Of a stretch of 64,000 nt of DNA, positions 1 through 12,928 are shown piece by piece. Every line of letters begins with the position of its first letter. The first letter of the stretch is position 1. A model generated the notes under the pieces. The model was not told the DNA's origin. It did not search any database and worked only from the letters and a program-made list of their open reading frames with translations. A program made the translations under genes and the position numbers. The DNA is from Phoronis australis (Eukaryota > Animalia > Phoronida), in NCBI GenBank assembly GCA_002633005.1, contig NMRA01000617.1, forward strand, positions 8,367 through 72,366. Reading direction: 5' to 3'.

Positions 1-1051
1 CCCGCCGTTAAGCGCTCATGCTCTGTGTTACCGGTACTCGAAATTTACAGCTTAGATATGACAAGGTAAAAAGTTCAGATAACGAGATAAATAATTTATT
101 TGTGAAATGTGGCCCACCGCCGGGGTTTAGTGTGATCTGGCTGCCACTAACTTTACTTAGTCGGAGTTGGGCCGGGGCTACATCAAATGTACGCGTGGGC
201 AGAAAACGTATCTGCGTTGCGTTTTCAAATCTTTCAGAGTCGCGTGTTGTCAGGACCTTCATTAATAAACCGAGACCAAGTACAAAGCACGTTTTCAAAG
301 TTTAGGTAAACAAAGTTCACGGCATACTGATTACAGGGTCACTGACTCAAGCACGTTCTTAGGCATACGTATATTGTAATATCGGTTGAATTACATGTTA
401 TAACTGTGAATACCACGTACGCGAAAATAAGCCATTCACATTTATATCTGATCACAATTCTCCTGCTTTGAAAACAAACATTCGTTTAGATAATTTTCGG
501 AAACAATGTGAACTAAAATGATAGTACAAACACTACATACCACAGTCCAGATTCTACATTCGAAGACCGCTTTTGTGAGAAAGAAACTCTCAACAGGAGA
601 AGTTTGTAATGACACGTAAATAAGTATAACTTTTACCCCTAAGAGTAGAAGCGAAACGCTAAGTATTGTGTTCTTACTCCAAAGGGCTCGGCCTTGGTGC
701 GAAGCTGTTTACTGAATTAAATATACAACTTTTAATTGCGCCGTTGTGGGTAAAAACTGACCCAATAAAATCTTTCTTGAGTAATCTAAATTATTTACCG
801 GCGTTGAAAAAATTGCTTTTCTACTATTATTCTGCTGCTAAAATTGTGGTGTGCTCTTTTGCGTCGACTTTCGGCGCAATGAAATATTGCGTCACCTATT
901 AGCCAGTTTCTTTTTCCCAGATTCTTCAATCAAACGTTCTCCCTCGAGGTTGCCTAAATGTCACAACAAATGATCAGAATTGGTTTCACTTCATTATATG
1001 TTTTTGGAATTTGATATCAGTAAACCGAATTTTAGAACAGATTTTGCTGCC

Positions 1052-2510
1052 ATGTTGTCATCATCTAATGGGAGATGTCGAAAAATTTCTGGAAGTGGCG
1101 CGTGTCACAAATGTACTACTTTCAAAACGACGACATACATTTCTTTGTTACCAATGCAGAGAGTTACGCAAGGAAATGACGTCGGATATTTTTTCTATAA
1201 CGGGCAAGGTGAAAGTCAATTGAGTTCCAGATTTCGCATGCTCACCCGCCGGTCTTCAGCTCATGTTGATACAAGCTTCACGACGAGGTGACGAGCGTAT
1301 TTATTCGGGCTGTTTGCAATTTCGAGGACTGTCGCAGCTCAGTACACAGTAACACCTTGCTGTATTTTGACAATAGTCTTCATACAGCTAGCTGGCTAAA
1401 TAGGAAGGCTCTAGCTTCGAAACAATTTTTTACTCCGAAAGTGACAACAAATTCAGAATGATGATGAATCATGAATGACATAGTAACCGATCACATGCTT
1501 CCGTTTTCATGCGCCCATGATCTTAATCACTGCTCTATGTTAAAACCATTGTTTATGTTGTTCTTAAAATAAACTTTTGTTCTACTGCTGTACCAACATA
1601 TTAAGAAATTGTACAAAAATAAACAATAATTATCTGTGGTAAAGCGAATTATTCAGCGTGATGAAGTGATGATCACTGCAATAACAGATGAGCGCGAATG
1701 CGTGTTGCTTGTTGAGCATTCCGCGGCATGAAAACACTTGAGGTCGTAAAACAGCCAGCGTTGTATTCTGATTTTTGTGCAATTTTACTGTAAAATTTCA
1801 AATTTCTTGCTTGTTTTTATGCATAATGTACTGTATAAAAAGTCTCATACTAAGAAACAGAAATTATGCTTCCGCGATATTACTTAACGTTTGATTTTAC
1901 CACGCCGTCAGTAATTCAACGTAAAGTTCACGTTGGTGTAATGTCACGCACTTTGTATTTGTAGGTTGATTCGATTTTACCACCTTTCAATAGTTGAACA
2001 AAAGTTGATAAACCGTTGAAGACCGGAGTTGCCACTGGTGAACAGTTAACTGTTTGTTTGGCCAAAATTCACCCGTTAAGTCATAAAATGGTAATTGCCG
2101 ACCACTTAGCCGACCCAAGTGCCTACCACAGAGGCGACTCAACAGACGGCTCCTAGCCGACCGTTGTTGGTCGGTTGCTGGTCGGCTAGACGGCCGGTCG
2201 ACGGCTGGTCGTCGACCAATTTCCGACCGGTTGGATAAAAATTCGTGATGTGTGCTGTACATTGAGACGAATCACGATCTTTGATCAGCGTGTGTCCTTG
2301 GGTTCTCTAACAATAATTGCGGTAGACTGATTCAATCGGGATCCACGGAAAATTTTGGTGTGGAGCTCAACTGGAGTTACCCACAGTCTTCAAGGTAAAT
2401 TACAATTCCTTGTATTTATCCCAAAAATAACGTTCAAATCTTGCTTTTCCCTAGGAGGGCCGGAAATGTTATCAATCCTAAACAGGTCCTTCAACTGAGA
2501 GTGTTGACAA
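1052..2510 (+). CDS. Tentative 5' coding exons of the orphan coiled-coil gene (1052-1287, 2326-2394, 2455-2510)
   Basis: ATG at 1052 opens a frame to AG|GTGACG at 1287 (phase 2). TAG|2326-2394|GTAAAT is open in phase 2-2. CTAG|2455-2510|GTAAGT is phase 2-1, which matches the phase-1 start of exon 8644. There is no homology support, and these exons could be 5' UTR. Confidence 0.3.
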
Positions 2511-2669
2511 GTAAGTTCCAACCCATTAATGAATGCTGACAGAATTACTATCCAAATTTTTGTCGACCTTATATCATGTGTTGGTTATCCAACATTTCAG
2601 GTTTGAAACCAATTGCTCCATTTATGGGAACTTTCTATAAGTTAACGTTTCGGCCGTAAGTAAAAGCAA

Positions 2670-3498
2670 GCAAGTCCTCCCCTGTGCATGTTGTTAGTTA
2701 ACAGTGATCAGGTGATGAAGATTCATTCAAATTAACCAGTTTGCAATCGTATAGGCCTGCGAAGAATGGGCACTTGTGACTACCCAAAGCATTTTAACTC
2801 GAAATATTGCAGAGGATAACGAGTAATTCTCGAAATACATTATATTACTGCTTTGATAATATATGCGTCGACATAATATTTCGAATAGACCACGTTCAAA
2901 CCAGTTGTTTAGGAGGCAATCTATAAAATGTCTCCATGTTTTGCCAAAATTGACAAATCGTATAAATACTTTTTTGAAGTTCCTAACATAGTTTTCACGC
3001 ATCAATTCCGGAGCAAAAATAGCAATCGCAAGAACGTCACAGCTGATGACGTCACATGTAGAGAAGTCTACAGTTGAATATTTTCCAGTTTACAAAGCGG
3101 TACATTTCAACGCAATGGAGAGCGAAAGTGTTTTATATTTTGTCAAACAACTGAAAATTCGTAAAGAGTAAGTAGTATTTCAAAAGCTAAGTAAAACCAA
3201 CCATCCTGGTTTAAAGGCAAGTCCTCGCCTGAGCATGTTGTTAGCTGATAGTCATCAGGTGATGACGATTCAGCCAAGTGAACAAGTTTGCGATCGTATA
3301 GGCCTGCGAAGAATGGGCACTTGTGGCTATCCAGAGCATTTCAACTCGAAATGTCGCAAAGGATGACGAGTGATTCTCGAAATACTTTGCATTACTGCAT
3401 TAATAAAATATAAGATTATTAATATTTCGAATAGACGACGTTCAAACGAATTGTTTAGCTTGCAATCTATAAAATGTCTCAATGTTTTGCCAAAATTG
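2670..3498. repeat. Diverged direct duplication 2670-2952 / 3217-3498, probably non-autonomous DNA-transposon fragments
   Basis: Both copies run GCAAGTCCTC...TATAGGCCTGCGAAGAATGGGCACTTGTG...GCAATCTATAAAATGTCTC...GCCAAAATTG. The second copy starts TTAAAGGC, a Kolobok-like TTAA end (inference). Confidence 0.75.
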
Positions 3499-4482
3499 TG
3501 CTTATGTCGTCTAAACGAACAATTTTTTCCTCGAAATTGTATATCACACGAGAAAATTTGATGACCTGACAAATAACATCAACTGCTGTGCATTTCCTGA
3601 CCTTTGAAAATATAAATCTTTCCACATTTAAGGGCCCAGCCATTGAAGGGGACCATTGAGGACATTCAAGTGGCCACCCTTTTCCTGTTTTTACTGACAA
3701 ATTCTTAAGGAACCGCTCAGGGAGAGAGGACCCAATGTTGGTATCTATTACTTCTATTTTCATGTTTTTATATCGAACAACAGGCTTTCATGCCGAGGAA
3801 GGTCTTTTGTTGCAGGGTCACTCGACAATGGAATGAACTGTCATTCTTTTCCAATCTTAATGATGTCTAGTCTTTCATCTTTATGTGTCCCATTTCAGAC
3901 GGGACCTTCTCTCTGTGGGGGCGGTTCGGGGGCATTGTCACTTTGTCCCTCTATACACGTAAATCCGACAATGCCAAGTATTCACGAGGGGGAGTTGAGA
4001 TTTCAAATTCATCAAAAACTGAAAACATTCGTGCACAACGCAACAGTATCAAAACATTCGACCCAAAAAACCAAAATGTGAAAAGTACAATAAGGTTGAC
4101 CGCCATTGAAAAGGTGGAATTTTGAAGAACGTGAAGACCACTATTTGTGAATTACACAAAATCATTCTTTCTGACCGTTATTTATAACATAATGTTACTT
4201 TTTCCATAGTATCGCAAGAATAGTATTGGTTTTGAAGATCGTTACTAGAAGTTGTTCGTAAGGAATTCGCACATGTCGAACAGGCTGTCGGGGATACGAT
4301 TTGTGATGACCGTGTACATGTCGAACGGGGGTACTCAAAGTAATCGCAATCATAAAATTAATAAAGATTTTAGAATGTTTTTTTTTGGAGTTCAAGTTCA
4401 ACTCGTGAACGGTTATAGGTACCTCTGAATTGAGCAAAGATCCACCATAATACGAATGCTCCATCTCCCATGTCCTACCCCC

Positions 4483-5630
4483 CTTTTTAATACATTTATT
4501 GCTCAGACAACATCACGTAGCCAGTCTGAGGTTGGGTGACTCAGTTCTGGCTTTAACAAAGTATATAATAGCGACTAATAGATATATAANCACAAACACA
4601 CACACACACACACACGTCGTGTTGAAATCATGTCTGGAGAAATTAGGTTCTATATAAATACGTACAAACATAAATACATATAAAAATAATAATGACAGTA
4701 CAACTTTGATGATTTCTAGAATACTAATTAAAAGCATGCGTGCAGACCTCTCCATTTATCCATATTTGTGTCCAAGGTATCTGTTAAAATTTTGTTTATA
4801 AAAGTTTGTAATTTCAACTTGAAATCCTTAAAAAGGAGAGGCTTTTTTACCTTTGATGTATGGTAAATGAAGTAAAGTGCAAGTGTATTAATGGTATTGA
4901 AAATTAATTTGTGGTTTGTATTAGGGTTTTGAATAGAATCTAATATGTCCCACATCGTAAATAAGTACTGGGTATTTATGGCTTTATTTAAGAGTGTTTG
5001 CATTGATTCCCAGAAAGTCCTGACACATGTGCAATAATAAAACATATGAAATAGAGTCTGTAATTCATCACAATAGGGGCACTTATCAGTATCAACCACC
5101 CTATTTTGTATAAAGTGATATTTGTAAATATTCTTCTATGGGTAAAGAGGTACCTGAAGTTTTTTAATTCATTTATTGGGAGGCTGAACTGTAAAAAATA
5201 AATTTCTCTAATTTCTTTTTCATTATAATAATTACTTAACCGCGCATAAGTGTCAGGTTTTTGTGCAAAAGTATGTATAGCACACTTTTTAAACCAATCT
5301 TTACTACAACTGCTATAATTAAATAAATGAAAGTTGTTACAACCAATAGATCTTGCTTCTAGTTCACCAAGATGCTTCCCCAATGCACTAACAACAACAT
5401 TGTATTGCAATATACAAAATTCTTCAGATTGTATTTATTTTTGATAAAATCCCAACAATGAATTTTATTTTCATTATCCATAAAATCTTCAGAAAATAAC
5501 AGTCCCGTTTCAAACATTTCCCGACAAAATACGGATTTATTGCTAAGTAAAATGTTTTGAATATTCCACAACACTTGTTTGTTAATAGGTATATTCCCCC
5601 TGTTACCCCTCAAAAATTTGCAAGCATGCC
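4483..5630 (-). mobile_element. 5'-truncated, frameshifted L1/Tx1-clade LINE (ORF2 C-terminus plus 3' UTR)
   Basis: Three overlapping minus-strand ORFs (5359-5613, 4988-5410, 4728-5099) carry QVLWNIQNI, NFRYLFTHRRIFTNITLYKIG and the zinc knuckle CPYC...TLFHMFYYC...FW typical of the L1/Tx1 ORF2 3' end. AATAAA (4495-4500 on minus) and a short A-tail (4483-4488). (CA)n tract near 4591-4615. Confidence 0.8.
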
Positions 5631-5677
5631 TGCGGAAATTGCTTATAACATTAGGTTTTGATAAACAAATTCGGTGG

Positions 5678-6425
5678 TTTCTGATTTAAATGTTTATGTA
5701 TGTAGAAAAATCGACAGATTCATAGATTATTTTTTGCAATTAAACGTTAATCTTGTAAGAATTCGTGAGGCTTCAATGAATTTAGTTTCAGCCTAAAGTT
5801 AGAAAAACTATAATCTTGTACTCAAACTGCAAATTACATTTATACGATTTTTGCCTATCTAAAATAATTGTCAAAGACATTGATGAAATTCGGACAGTTC
5901 CCAAAAATATACTAAAATTCAAATGACAATAAATGCATTGCTTTTTGAATTAGGAGCAAGATTTGTTATTTAAACTCACAAATAACAGATCAAAAAGGAA
6001 ATAAGTCATTAAATCAAAGTAAACGCATTGCTCTTGAAATGATTGTTGGCTTCTGATTTCCATGTTTATGTATCTACGAAAATCGACTTATTGATAGATG
6101 ATTTTTGACAATTAGAAGCTAATCGTGTAAGAAATTACGATGTTTCACTGAACATAGTTGCAAGGTGACATCGCGAAATTTCGATCTATCGTCAGATCCA
6201 CAAATAGCAAAGTACACTAAACGATATTTGTCTAATTTGAAAGACTCTCAAGGATACTGATGAATGTCGGACAGCTCTACAAATTGTACTACAAAAATGT
6301 TCTCACAATTCAAATGGAATTATTAGATTGTTTATTGACTTAGGAGCTACATCAGTGGATTGAATTCACAAACTAGATCGAAAAAGAAGTTTAAGTCCTT
6401 AAATAAATAAAATTAAACTCATTGC
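5678..6425. repeat. Old diverged tandem duplication (~370 bp unit)
   Basis: TTCTGATTTAAATGTTTATGTATGTAGAAAAATCGAC (~5679) matches TTCTGATTTCCATGTTTATGTATCTACGAAAATCGAC (~6051), with further colinear matches (TGATGAA..TCGGACAG, TAGGAGC, TCACAAA). Confidence 0.6.
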
Positions 6426-7289
6426 TTATTAACTTGCAAAGATTGTCTTTGCACTTTATTGATGTTTTTAGTTTCAAGTAGTATTGGGCAATGAACGTTA
6501 ACTTATAGTTCTTCAAAATTGACTCGTTGGCTTGCCATTCCTGTGCATACTACACAGACGGAGCGCGTCATGACCGACGCACCCACGTTAAAAATAATGT
6601 GTTACCATGCAGTAGGCCCGCGCAGAACCTGAGTGATCCACGGGAACCGAATTTGAACTCCAAACGTTGAAATGTGTACATTTTGGGACGCAATCTGTAT
6701 CATTGTCCACAGCTACCAGAAATTGGACTACCGACCGTGTTTCAACAAGGAATTTTGAAACAGCCCAGAGGCAATATACTAGGGACCTCGGGACTTCACC
6801 TTTTTAAAAAACTTCCTTCAAAGAATGACCATAATAAAACGAAATTTTCCCAAACCTGGATTATATTAAACGAATCTTGACCTTAGAGGCAGCGCAGACG
6901 GATAGGTTGGAGCTAAGATGCCTGTCTCAAATGAATCATAGCTAACCCCACCAGCGACTAGCCTAGTTCTCAGAATTTCGTACTTTTTTGTCAGATCTTA
7001 GCTACAGTTACTTGAGGCAGCTCCCAGCTACCATTTAGCGCCCTGGCACGAGGCCCATTCTTACTCTATAAAAATTTGTTGGTTCACGGGTTACTCAAAT
7101 CCTGATGATTGCATCCCCGGGATTGCCAACCCCCCACCTATCACCTATGGCGGACGTGGGGGGTTCGGTACAAATATGGCGGAATCCGGAGGACGGGGGG
7201 AGGGGGGGGGGNGGGGTAGTTCGGCGAAGTCGAATTGGTTTGTGCAACCCAATATTATTTGCCTTTCTACGGGCCTGAAATAAGGACCA

Positions 7290-7378
7290 GGAGCCTGTTC
7301 CAAGAAACTGACTTAAGTTCAATTTTGACTTGAGTTTAAGATCTGTCTTAGCTAAGTCAGTTTTGTTGGAACGGGCCC
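7290..7378. mobile_element. Short palindromic MITE-like element
   Basis: GGAGCCTGTTCCAAGAAACTGACTTA pairs with TAAGTCAGTTTTGTTGGAACGGGCCC. Confidence 0.55.
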
Positions 7379-7394
7379 GAGTCCTAAACATGCT

Positions 7395-7595
7395 TTTTTG
7401 AAGTTCGTGACATCAATTCCGTACCAAAAATGTGAATCACAAGAACGTCACAGCTGATGACGTCACATGTAGAGAAGTCTACTGTTGAATCTTTTCCCAA
7501 TTACACAGCGGTACATTTCAACGCAATGGAGAGAGAAAGTGCTTTATATTTTGTCCAACAGCTGAAAATTCGTAAAGAGTAAGTAGTATTTCAAA
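7395..7595. repeat. Dispersed repeat, copy of 2971-3185
   Basis: Shared CAAGAACGTCACAGCTGATGACGTCACATGTAGAGAAGTCTAC...CTGAAAATTCGTAAAGAGTAAGTAGTATTTCAAA. Confidence 0.8.
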
Positions 7596-8643
7596 GGCCA
7601 ATCTGGCATAAACCCTCTAACTTATCTTTTAAAATAATAGAAACTAGCATAGGTATAGCGTTGGCATATCTAATCTTTTTCTCCTTTCCTCGTTCTTGCA
7701 ACCTTGGTAAAGTTTGATTTTTTGTATCACTTTAGGGTTAATGCACAGGCTGCAAATTGTCTGAAAAAGATGACTAAGAACTACGTCAAGGACGCTGAAA
7801 AGTTGAAAAATGCCGTAAAACGTGAGTATTGCCGCTGAGGAAAACGACTTTTGATGCAGTCCGCCACAAATCGTATGGTAAATCAACTTTTTTTACCGTA
7901 AAACGTTCAAATTCTAATGAAGTGATAGATTGCGAGACTCTGCCGTGGTGATTTCACGTCATTAACCAAAAGGTTACAATATAGTATTTGACACAACGTT
8001 AGATCAATTACTCGTTTGAAGACCGTTAGGATCGCTATGTGAAAGCTCGTTTAAGAGCCAGCTTTCTAGTGATCAATGGCCGGTTGCATGAAACGTCTCT
8101 ATCAGCGACTCAACTAAGTTCCCTGAATGTTTTGCATATTTGTTTCGTTCATAACTCGTATATGTACTGTTTTTCTATCATTTTACATTTGTTACGAGCT
8201 CCTCTTTGACTGAAAACTGAGCCCTTAATTCAATCAAAACAATTAGGGACTTAGTCCTTAAATTAGGGGCGTTGCATGAAAAAATCCCTACTTATTTTAA
8301 TAGTGAGAATTCGATTTAGCGTTCACTCACGATTTGTATGAAAGTAAAAGTTGGCCTAATAATGATACTCAGACAGCTTAAGAAAGGACAGTCAGTTTGC
8401 ACAAGCCCACTAGTATACAGTAGAATTAGGGAAATTGTTTGAGTCCCGATTTCGGACTGTTTCATGCAGAGGCTTCCTATGTACCTCCTCAAGAAGCCTC
8501 GTCCACAGCATACGTCTTAGCTCATTTGTTTGACGCTTTCATCGAACAAAGGAAATTTATTGAAGCATCATGAAAAAATCACTATGCAAGAAAAGCGTGG
8601 CGCAAAGAAATTCATTGTTGCTGTTTCGTTTTGACCATTGCAG

Positions 8644-11562
8644 GTTTTCCTACAGACTCTGACGTAGCGAAGGGCGTCAATGACTTTCTGATAGAACTGA
8701 ATCAACGTCTTGGATATATCAGAGCCGACCTGGGAGAGGTCGAGCGTGACATGGAATTAATAGACAGGTCAGTAGATGCGAGGAAGTCTTGTAAGTGTCT
8801 ATTATTGTGGAAGTCGATTTTTATTGATCCTCACTTTGTAAAATAATCCAGTAATTGATTCCAAAAATTGGTTTTAGACTGCGTAAAATATTGTTGACTT
8901 GATTTTTCAGCGTCGTCAGACATACAATGAAGGTTGAGAAAAAACTAGGAGCTGCTATTGAAGTATTATCAAATTTGAAAAAGGTGAGACATTTACGTAC
9001 GTACCTGCCCAAACAATTGTATGGGAATTCCCGTAGCAACTGAATCTTCTTAACACTTGACCGATGCTGTCATACATGTTTTTCTCTTTAGGACCTTATT
9101 ATACCAGACTCGTCCTCAGAATGTTCGAGTCCAACTTTAAATCTAGTTGAATGTCTGGTAGGACGAACGGAACCGGACAGCAAATGGCACCATCTAACGA
9201 GATCTTTCTCATATTGTGCAACATTTCACTTGTCCCCATTCATTTTTGTCCTTTTTGGAGATTGTGTTGTGATTTACCTTGGTGTGACAAGGCTGTCATT
9301 ATGAAGGTGATTTTTATGCGCCCACATATTTATATGTGGACGCATTATGCCGTCATCTCTGTCCGTCCGTCCGTCGATCCGTCCGTCCGTCTGTCCGTCC
9401 GTCCGTCCGGGCGGCGTCCGTCCGGCGTCCTGCGTCTGGCGTCCGCTGCTTTATCTCCAAAACCCTTTGACATACGTTCATGAAATTTGGCACATATGTT
9501 CCATTTATGAATGGGACGGCTTGTGCGAACTTCCGGACGGATCCGACTACCGGTGTGCCCCCTAGTGGCAATTTTAGTTTTTTACGCTTACTTTTGTATC
9601 TTCAAAAGTCCTAAACGGATTTTCATGAAATTTGGTATGTAGGCACCTATTAGTGAGATAACGCTATCCCCCCGTTTTCAGGTGGGTTCGACATAGTTTG
9701 CGCCACCTAGTGGCCATTTTTAATGTTTTCGAGTCTGTTTTTGTGCGTCCACCCCGCTATCAACCAAACCGCTGAAAGGATGATTGTGAAAATTGTCATG
9801 TATATACTTACTATGTAGAGGACGGTTGACGATGATTTTCCGATGATTTCGACTACTGTGGCGCCTCCTAGTGGCAGTTTTTTTTTTGCGCCTATGGCTG
9901 TATCTCCTAAACCGTTCGCAGGATCTTTACGAAATTTAATAAGTGTATTTATATGATGTTAACAACAGACGATGACGAGTTTTGGACGGATCCGCCTACT
10001 AGTGTGCCCCCTAGTGGCAATTTTATTTTTTTACGTTTACCTCTGTATCTTCACAAGTCCTTAACGGATTTTCATGAAATTTGGTATGTAGGCACCTATT
10101 AGTGCGATGANGAGGAGACAATGACCATGCCTTTCCATTTTGCAAACTACAACATACTACATATATGCCCTCTACTGGCCACTTTATGGTACCAATAAAC
10201 AACCCTAGAAGGATACCGTATACGGTGCAATTGTGGGCGCATTTCAACGCTCTGCGCTGCTCTTGTTAATATTTGCTTTAAAAGAGTGTCGATGAGACTG
10301 ACTGCCAGTAAATCAGATTCAATGGAATTGCACTACACCGCATCTCTTCATTGTAGAGTGAGCAAGCCAAGCGGGAGCGTCTCCGGTTGCTCGTATGTAC
10401 CAACTGTTCGTCTCGGAAAATGCGAAACAAGGCATCTGCCGAGGTAGAGGCTGTCAAGAACAAAGTTGGTCAGACGACAGACCGGGTTGAAGAGCTGAAG
10501 CGGCAGTTGTATCAGGTGAGCCATCACTTATGCATGTCTGGTATAGACGTCCTGAAACCTTCAGGTGGTGATTTAGTAACATCACGTTTAAAATCTCTTG
10601 GTCTATTAACACCAACTTTTAGCCTATTTACATGGACGTGACATTTCTAGCGGATATTTCTAGGGTCATATTCAACGTTTACAGCCTTATGAGCTCGAAT
10701 ATGTAGTAAACTCATGGTGGGTACTTCGGTAGTATTTTTTTCTGGAAGACAACCGGTTGTGAATCTAGTGGTGAGGTGCTCGATTAAAAGTCAAAAACGG
10801 TACTTCGTATCCGTGGTTATCGCTGTTTTCTCGATTTTTCAGCTCATCGCCGAAATGCACGATATGGTATACGGACAGCAGAAAGCAGACGAGGTTATGC
10901 AAAGGTTCGTAAAGCGACATTTCCTCTGGTTAGCTCAGTGTTGGGTTATCCTCAAGCTCACTAAACTACAATCCAGAGTCCTCCCCGTAGCCATAAGGAT
11001 ATTTCTTTGCTTAACGTGGTCAATGAAGTGTGTCGATGGATAGTCGAAAATTTTGGCGACCGGGGGATAGGGTGGAAACTGTCGAGACCTGAGAGGTCAA
11101 ATATTTTTATTTTCCTGACGACCAGGTCGCCACGTCGAAAATTCTGGCGACGGGAGGGGGCTGCTGCAAAATCATGGTGACCGGGACTGAAAATTGTGGA
11201 GTCTTGTGTGAAAAAGCTGTGAGAATGGAGGGTGGGTGTAATTTGTTGTTGACCCTGGAGGGGCAGATAAATATTACCACGGCCCTTTAAGCTTTTTATA
11301 GCTTTGGGCCTCGAGAACCAGCTACAGTAACAGTTTTGATTAATCTATGCTCTTTGAATTTTGCGTAATACACGTCGGCAAACTACATGCGAACACTGTT
11401 TTTGTTTCATCATTTATTTTACATTTGTTGATTGCTTTCAGTTCCAAAGTTCCTAAAGTGAACGGGTCACGGGTGACTGAATTGTGCCGGTGGATTTCGG
11501 TAACAAGTAAGAGGATCCGGCGTGCATGGAGTCGTCGTAGAACCCTACTTATGGGTCGATAA
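8644..11562 (+). CDS. Uncharacterised coiled-coil protein; exons 8644-8767, 8911-8983, 9092-9157, 10357-10515, 10843-10904, 11442-11562
   Basis: Six exons with canonical AG/GT sites and consistent phases (1/2, 2/0, 0/0, 0/0, 0/2, 2/stop) give one frame: FPTDSDVAKGVNDFLIELNQRLGYIRADLGEVERDMELIDS-VVRHTMKVEKKLGAAIEVLSNLKK-DLIIPD...VECL-SEQAKRERLRLLVCTNCSSRKMRNKASAEVEAVKNKVGQTTDRVEELKRQLYQ-LIAEMHDMVYGQQKADEVMQS-SKVPK...LLMGR*. Heptad-like pattern. ATTAAA near 11801. Confidence 0.7.
9311..10267 (+). mobile_element. Helentron-associated non-autonomous element (HINE; DINE-1/pearl-like)
   Basis: Starts in a T-run with a 5' hairpin ATGCGCCCACAT..ATGTGGACGCAT, then a (GTCC)n microsatellite at 9360-9425, then ~5 internal ~150-bp core repeats (TGAAATTTGG...CCTAGTGGC at about 9481, 9627, 9788, 9930, 10076). 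3' subterminal inverted repeat TGTGGGCGCAT at 10232-10242; ends ...CTCTTGTT. Confidence 0.75.
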
Positions 11563-12757
11563 AGTCACTATGAAAAAGATGGCTGGATAGAGGGCGACGC
11601 ACACGTTAACTGTCTGATTAGTAACATGAAACTTGAATCGTGGAAACGAAGCTGTCAAAACGCTTCCGTGCAATGGACTCCGTGACGCATAAGCCGTGAA
11701 GACTAGTGGAAATGTTGAATGCTGCGTTGTTCAGGAGAGTGACAATGTGAATTTGTACAAAGTTGTTTTATATTGTCGTTCTTTTTTACATTTGTTGTGA
11801 ATTAAATATTTAAATATACTGAAGTGTCGTTACTTATGTCATGCATAATTTGGTAAATCTAACCTCTCTACTACAGAATGCATTCGCTGATGAGTAAAAT
11901 ATTAGGTTGACATGTGCGAACCCAGCCTAAAATGTAGAAGGGGGTCAAACTTTTGACAATGTTGGACCTTACACTAGCAAAATAGAGGGAGACCAAAAGA
12001 ATATAACGGGATACCACGTTCAGGGCTATCAATCGTACATTCGCGCCTTTTTAGCGAACTTTTGTCTCGTTTTCTCTGACATTTTGTTTCTCTCGCCCAT
12101 TTCGCTAAATGGAATGCTCATTCGAGCCTCCCCGAGCCCCTGGGTGCGCTTATGGTTGACGTCAGGATCCGAGAACTTTTGGCTATTGACTGAAGTGCCG
12201 GGGTGAAAGCAAAGCAGAAACCAATGAGATAGCTCATTGGCCGAGCAACGATAGCTGACGGGCGATACCAGCGTGTATTCCCGTTCATTTTTATAATTAT
12301 TAAGTTTATGATATTTCACATCTAAAATATTTCTTTAGTGTGACAAAATTTTGTTGTATAGGAATGTTTTCGAATCATAATTGTATGCTAAGTGAACAGG
12401 AAAAACCGATGATTATATATTTTTAAGTTCCCAAAGCCGATCGAATGTGACCAAACATCCAAGACCTCAGCCGTGGTTGCAGCCCAAGTTTATCGCTGCT
12501 GGGGAAATACGGGTGGGGAATTAAAAAATAAAAGCGGAGTTTTTCACATAACCAAGCATTGTGTATATCCGCCACAGTACAGAGATAACGAGATCACGTC
12601 AATATTTCGAACTTCAGCCTTCGTTTGTGTTATGGAAACTAACCACAGAGTCAATTGGAATTAGATGGATAGTGTTAACTTGTTGATTCATGGAAAATGT
12701 CAAAACTTCAATTGAAAAAACTTTTCAGGTGGAACGGCTGCATGTTGGGATATTGTT

Positions 12758-12928
12758 ATACAGTTCCAAAGTCTCCACTGCCTGGCAATAGATCCCATAG
12801 GCCCTCCGTACGCCAGACGCTTTCGGGCGAATTATCCCTCACACTGATTTTAATTAGTCACTGAGGCATAATTCGCCAAAAAGCTTCCGGCGTCAGTAAA
12901 GAAGGCCACCGTCTCTTCTGCCAGTTGA
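12758..12928. mobile_element. Palindromic MITE-like element
   Basis: ACGCCAGACGCTTTCGGGCGAATTATCCCTCA is an imperfect reverse complement of TGAGGCATAATTCGCCAAAAAGCTTCCGGCGT; outer CTGGCA/TGCCAG arms. Confidence 0.55.

Noticed and set aside
1965-2090. Exon-like segment with a single in-frame TGA (possible selenocysteine)
   Set aside because: No homology to a selenoprotein and no SECIS recognised; that frame hits TAA in exon 2455-2510.
1987-2262. R/P/S-rich minus-strand ORF
   Set aside because: Arises from a low-complexity palindromic CGACC/GGTCG tract (2105-2230), probably a repeat fragment.
8768-8796. Apparent donor GTAAGT at 8791
   Set aside because: Gives phase 1 and an early TGA in the next exon; the donor AG|GTCAGT at 8767 keeps the frame.
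9151-9571. ORFs rich in VRPS and RTDG
   Set aside because: Translations of the (GTCC)n microsatellite of the HINE element.
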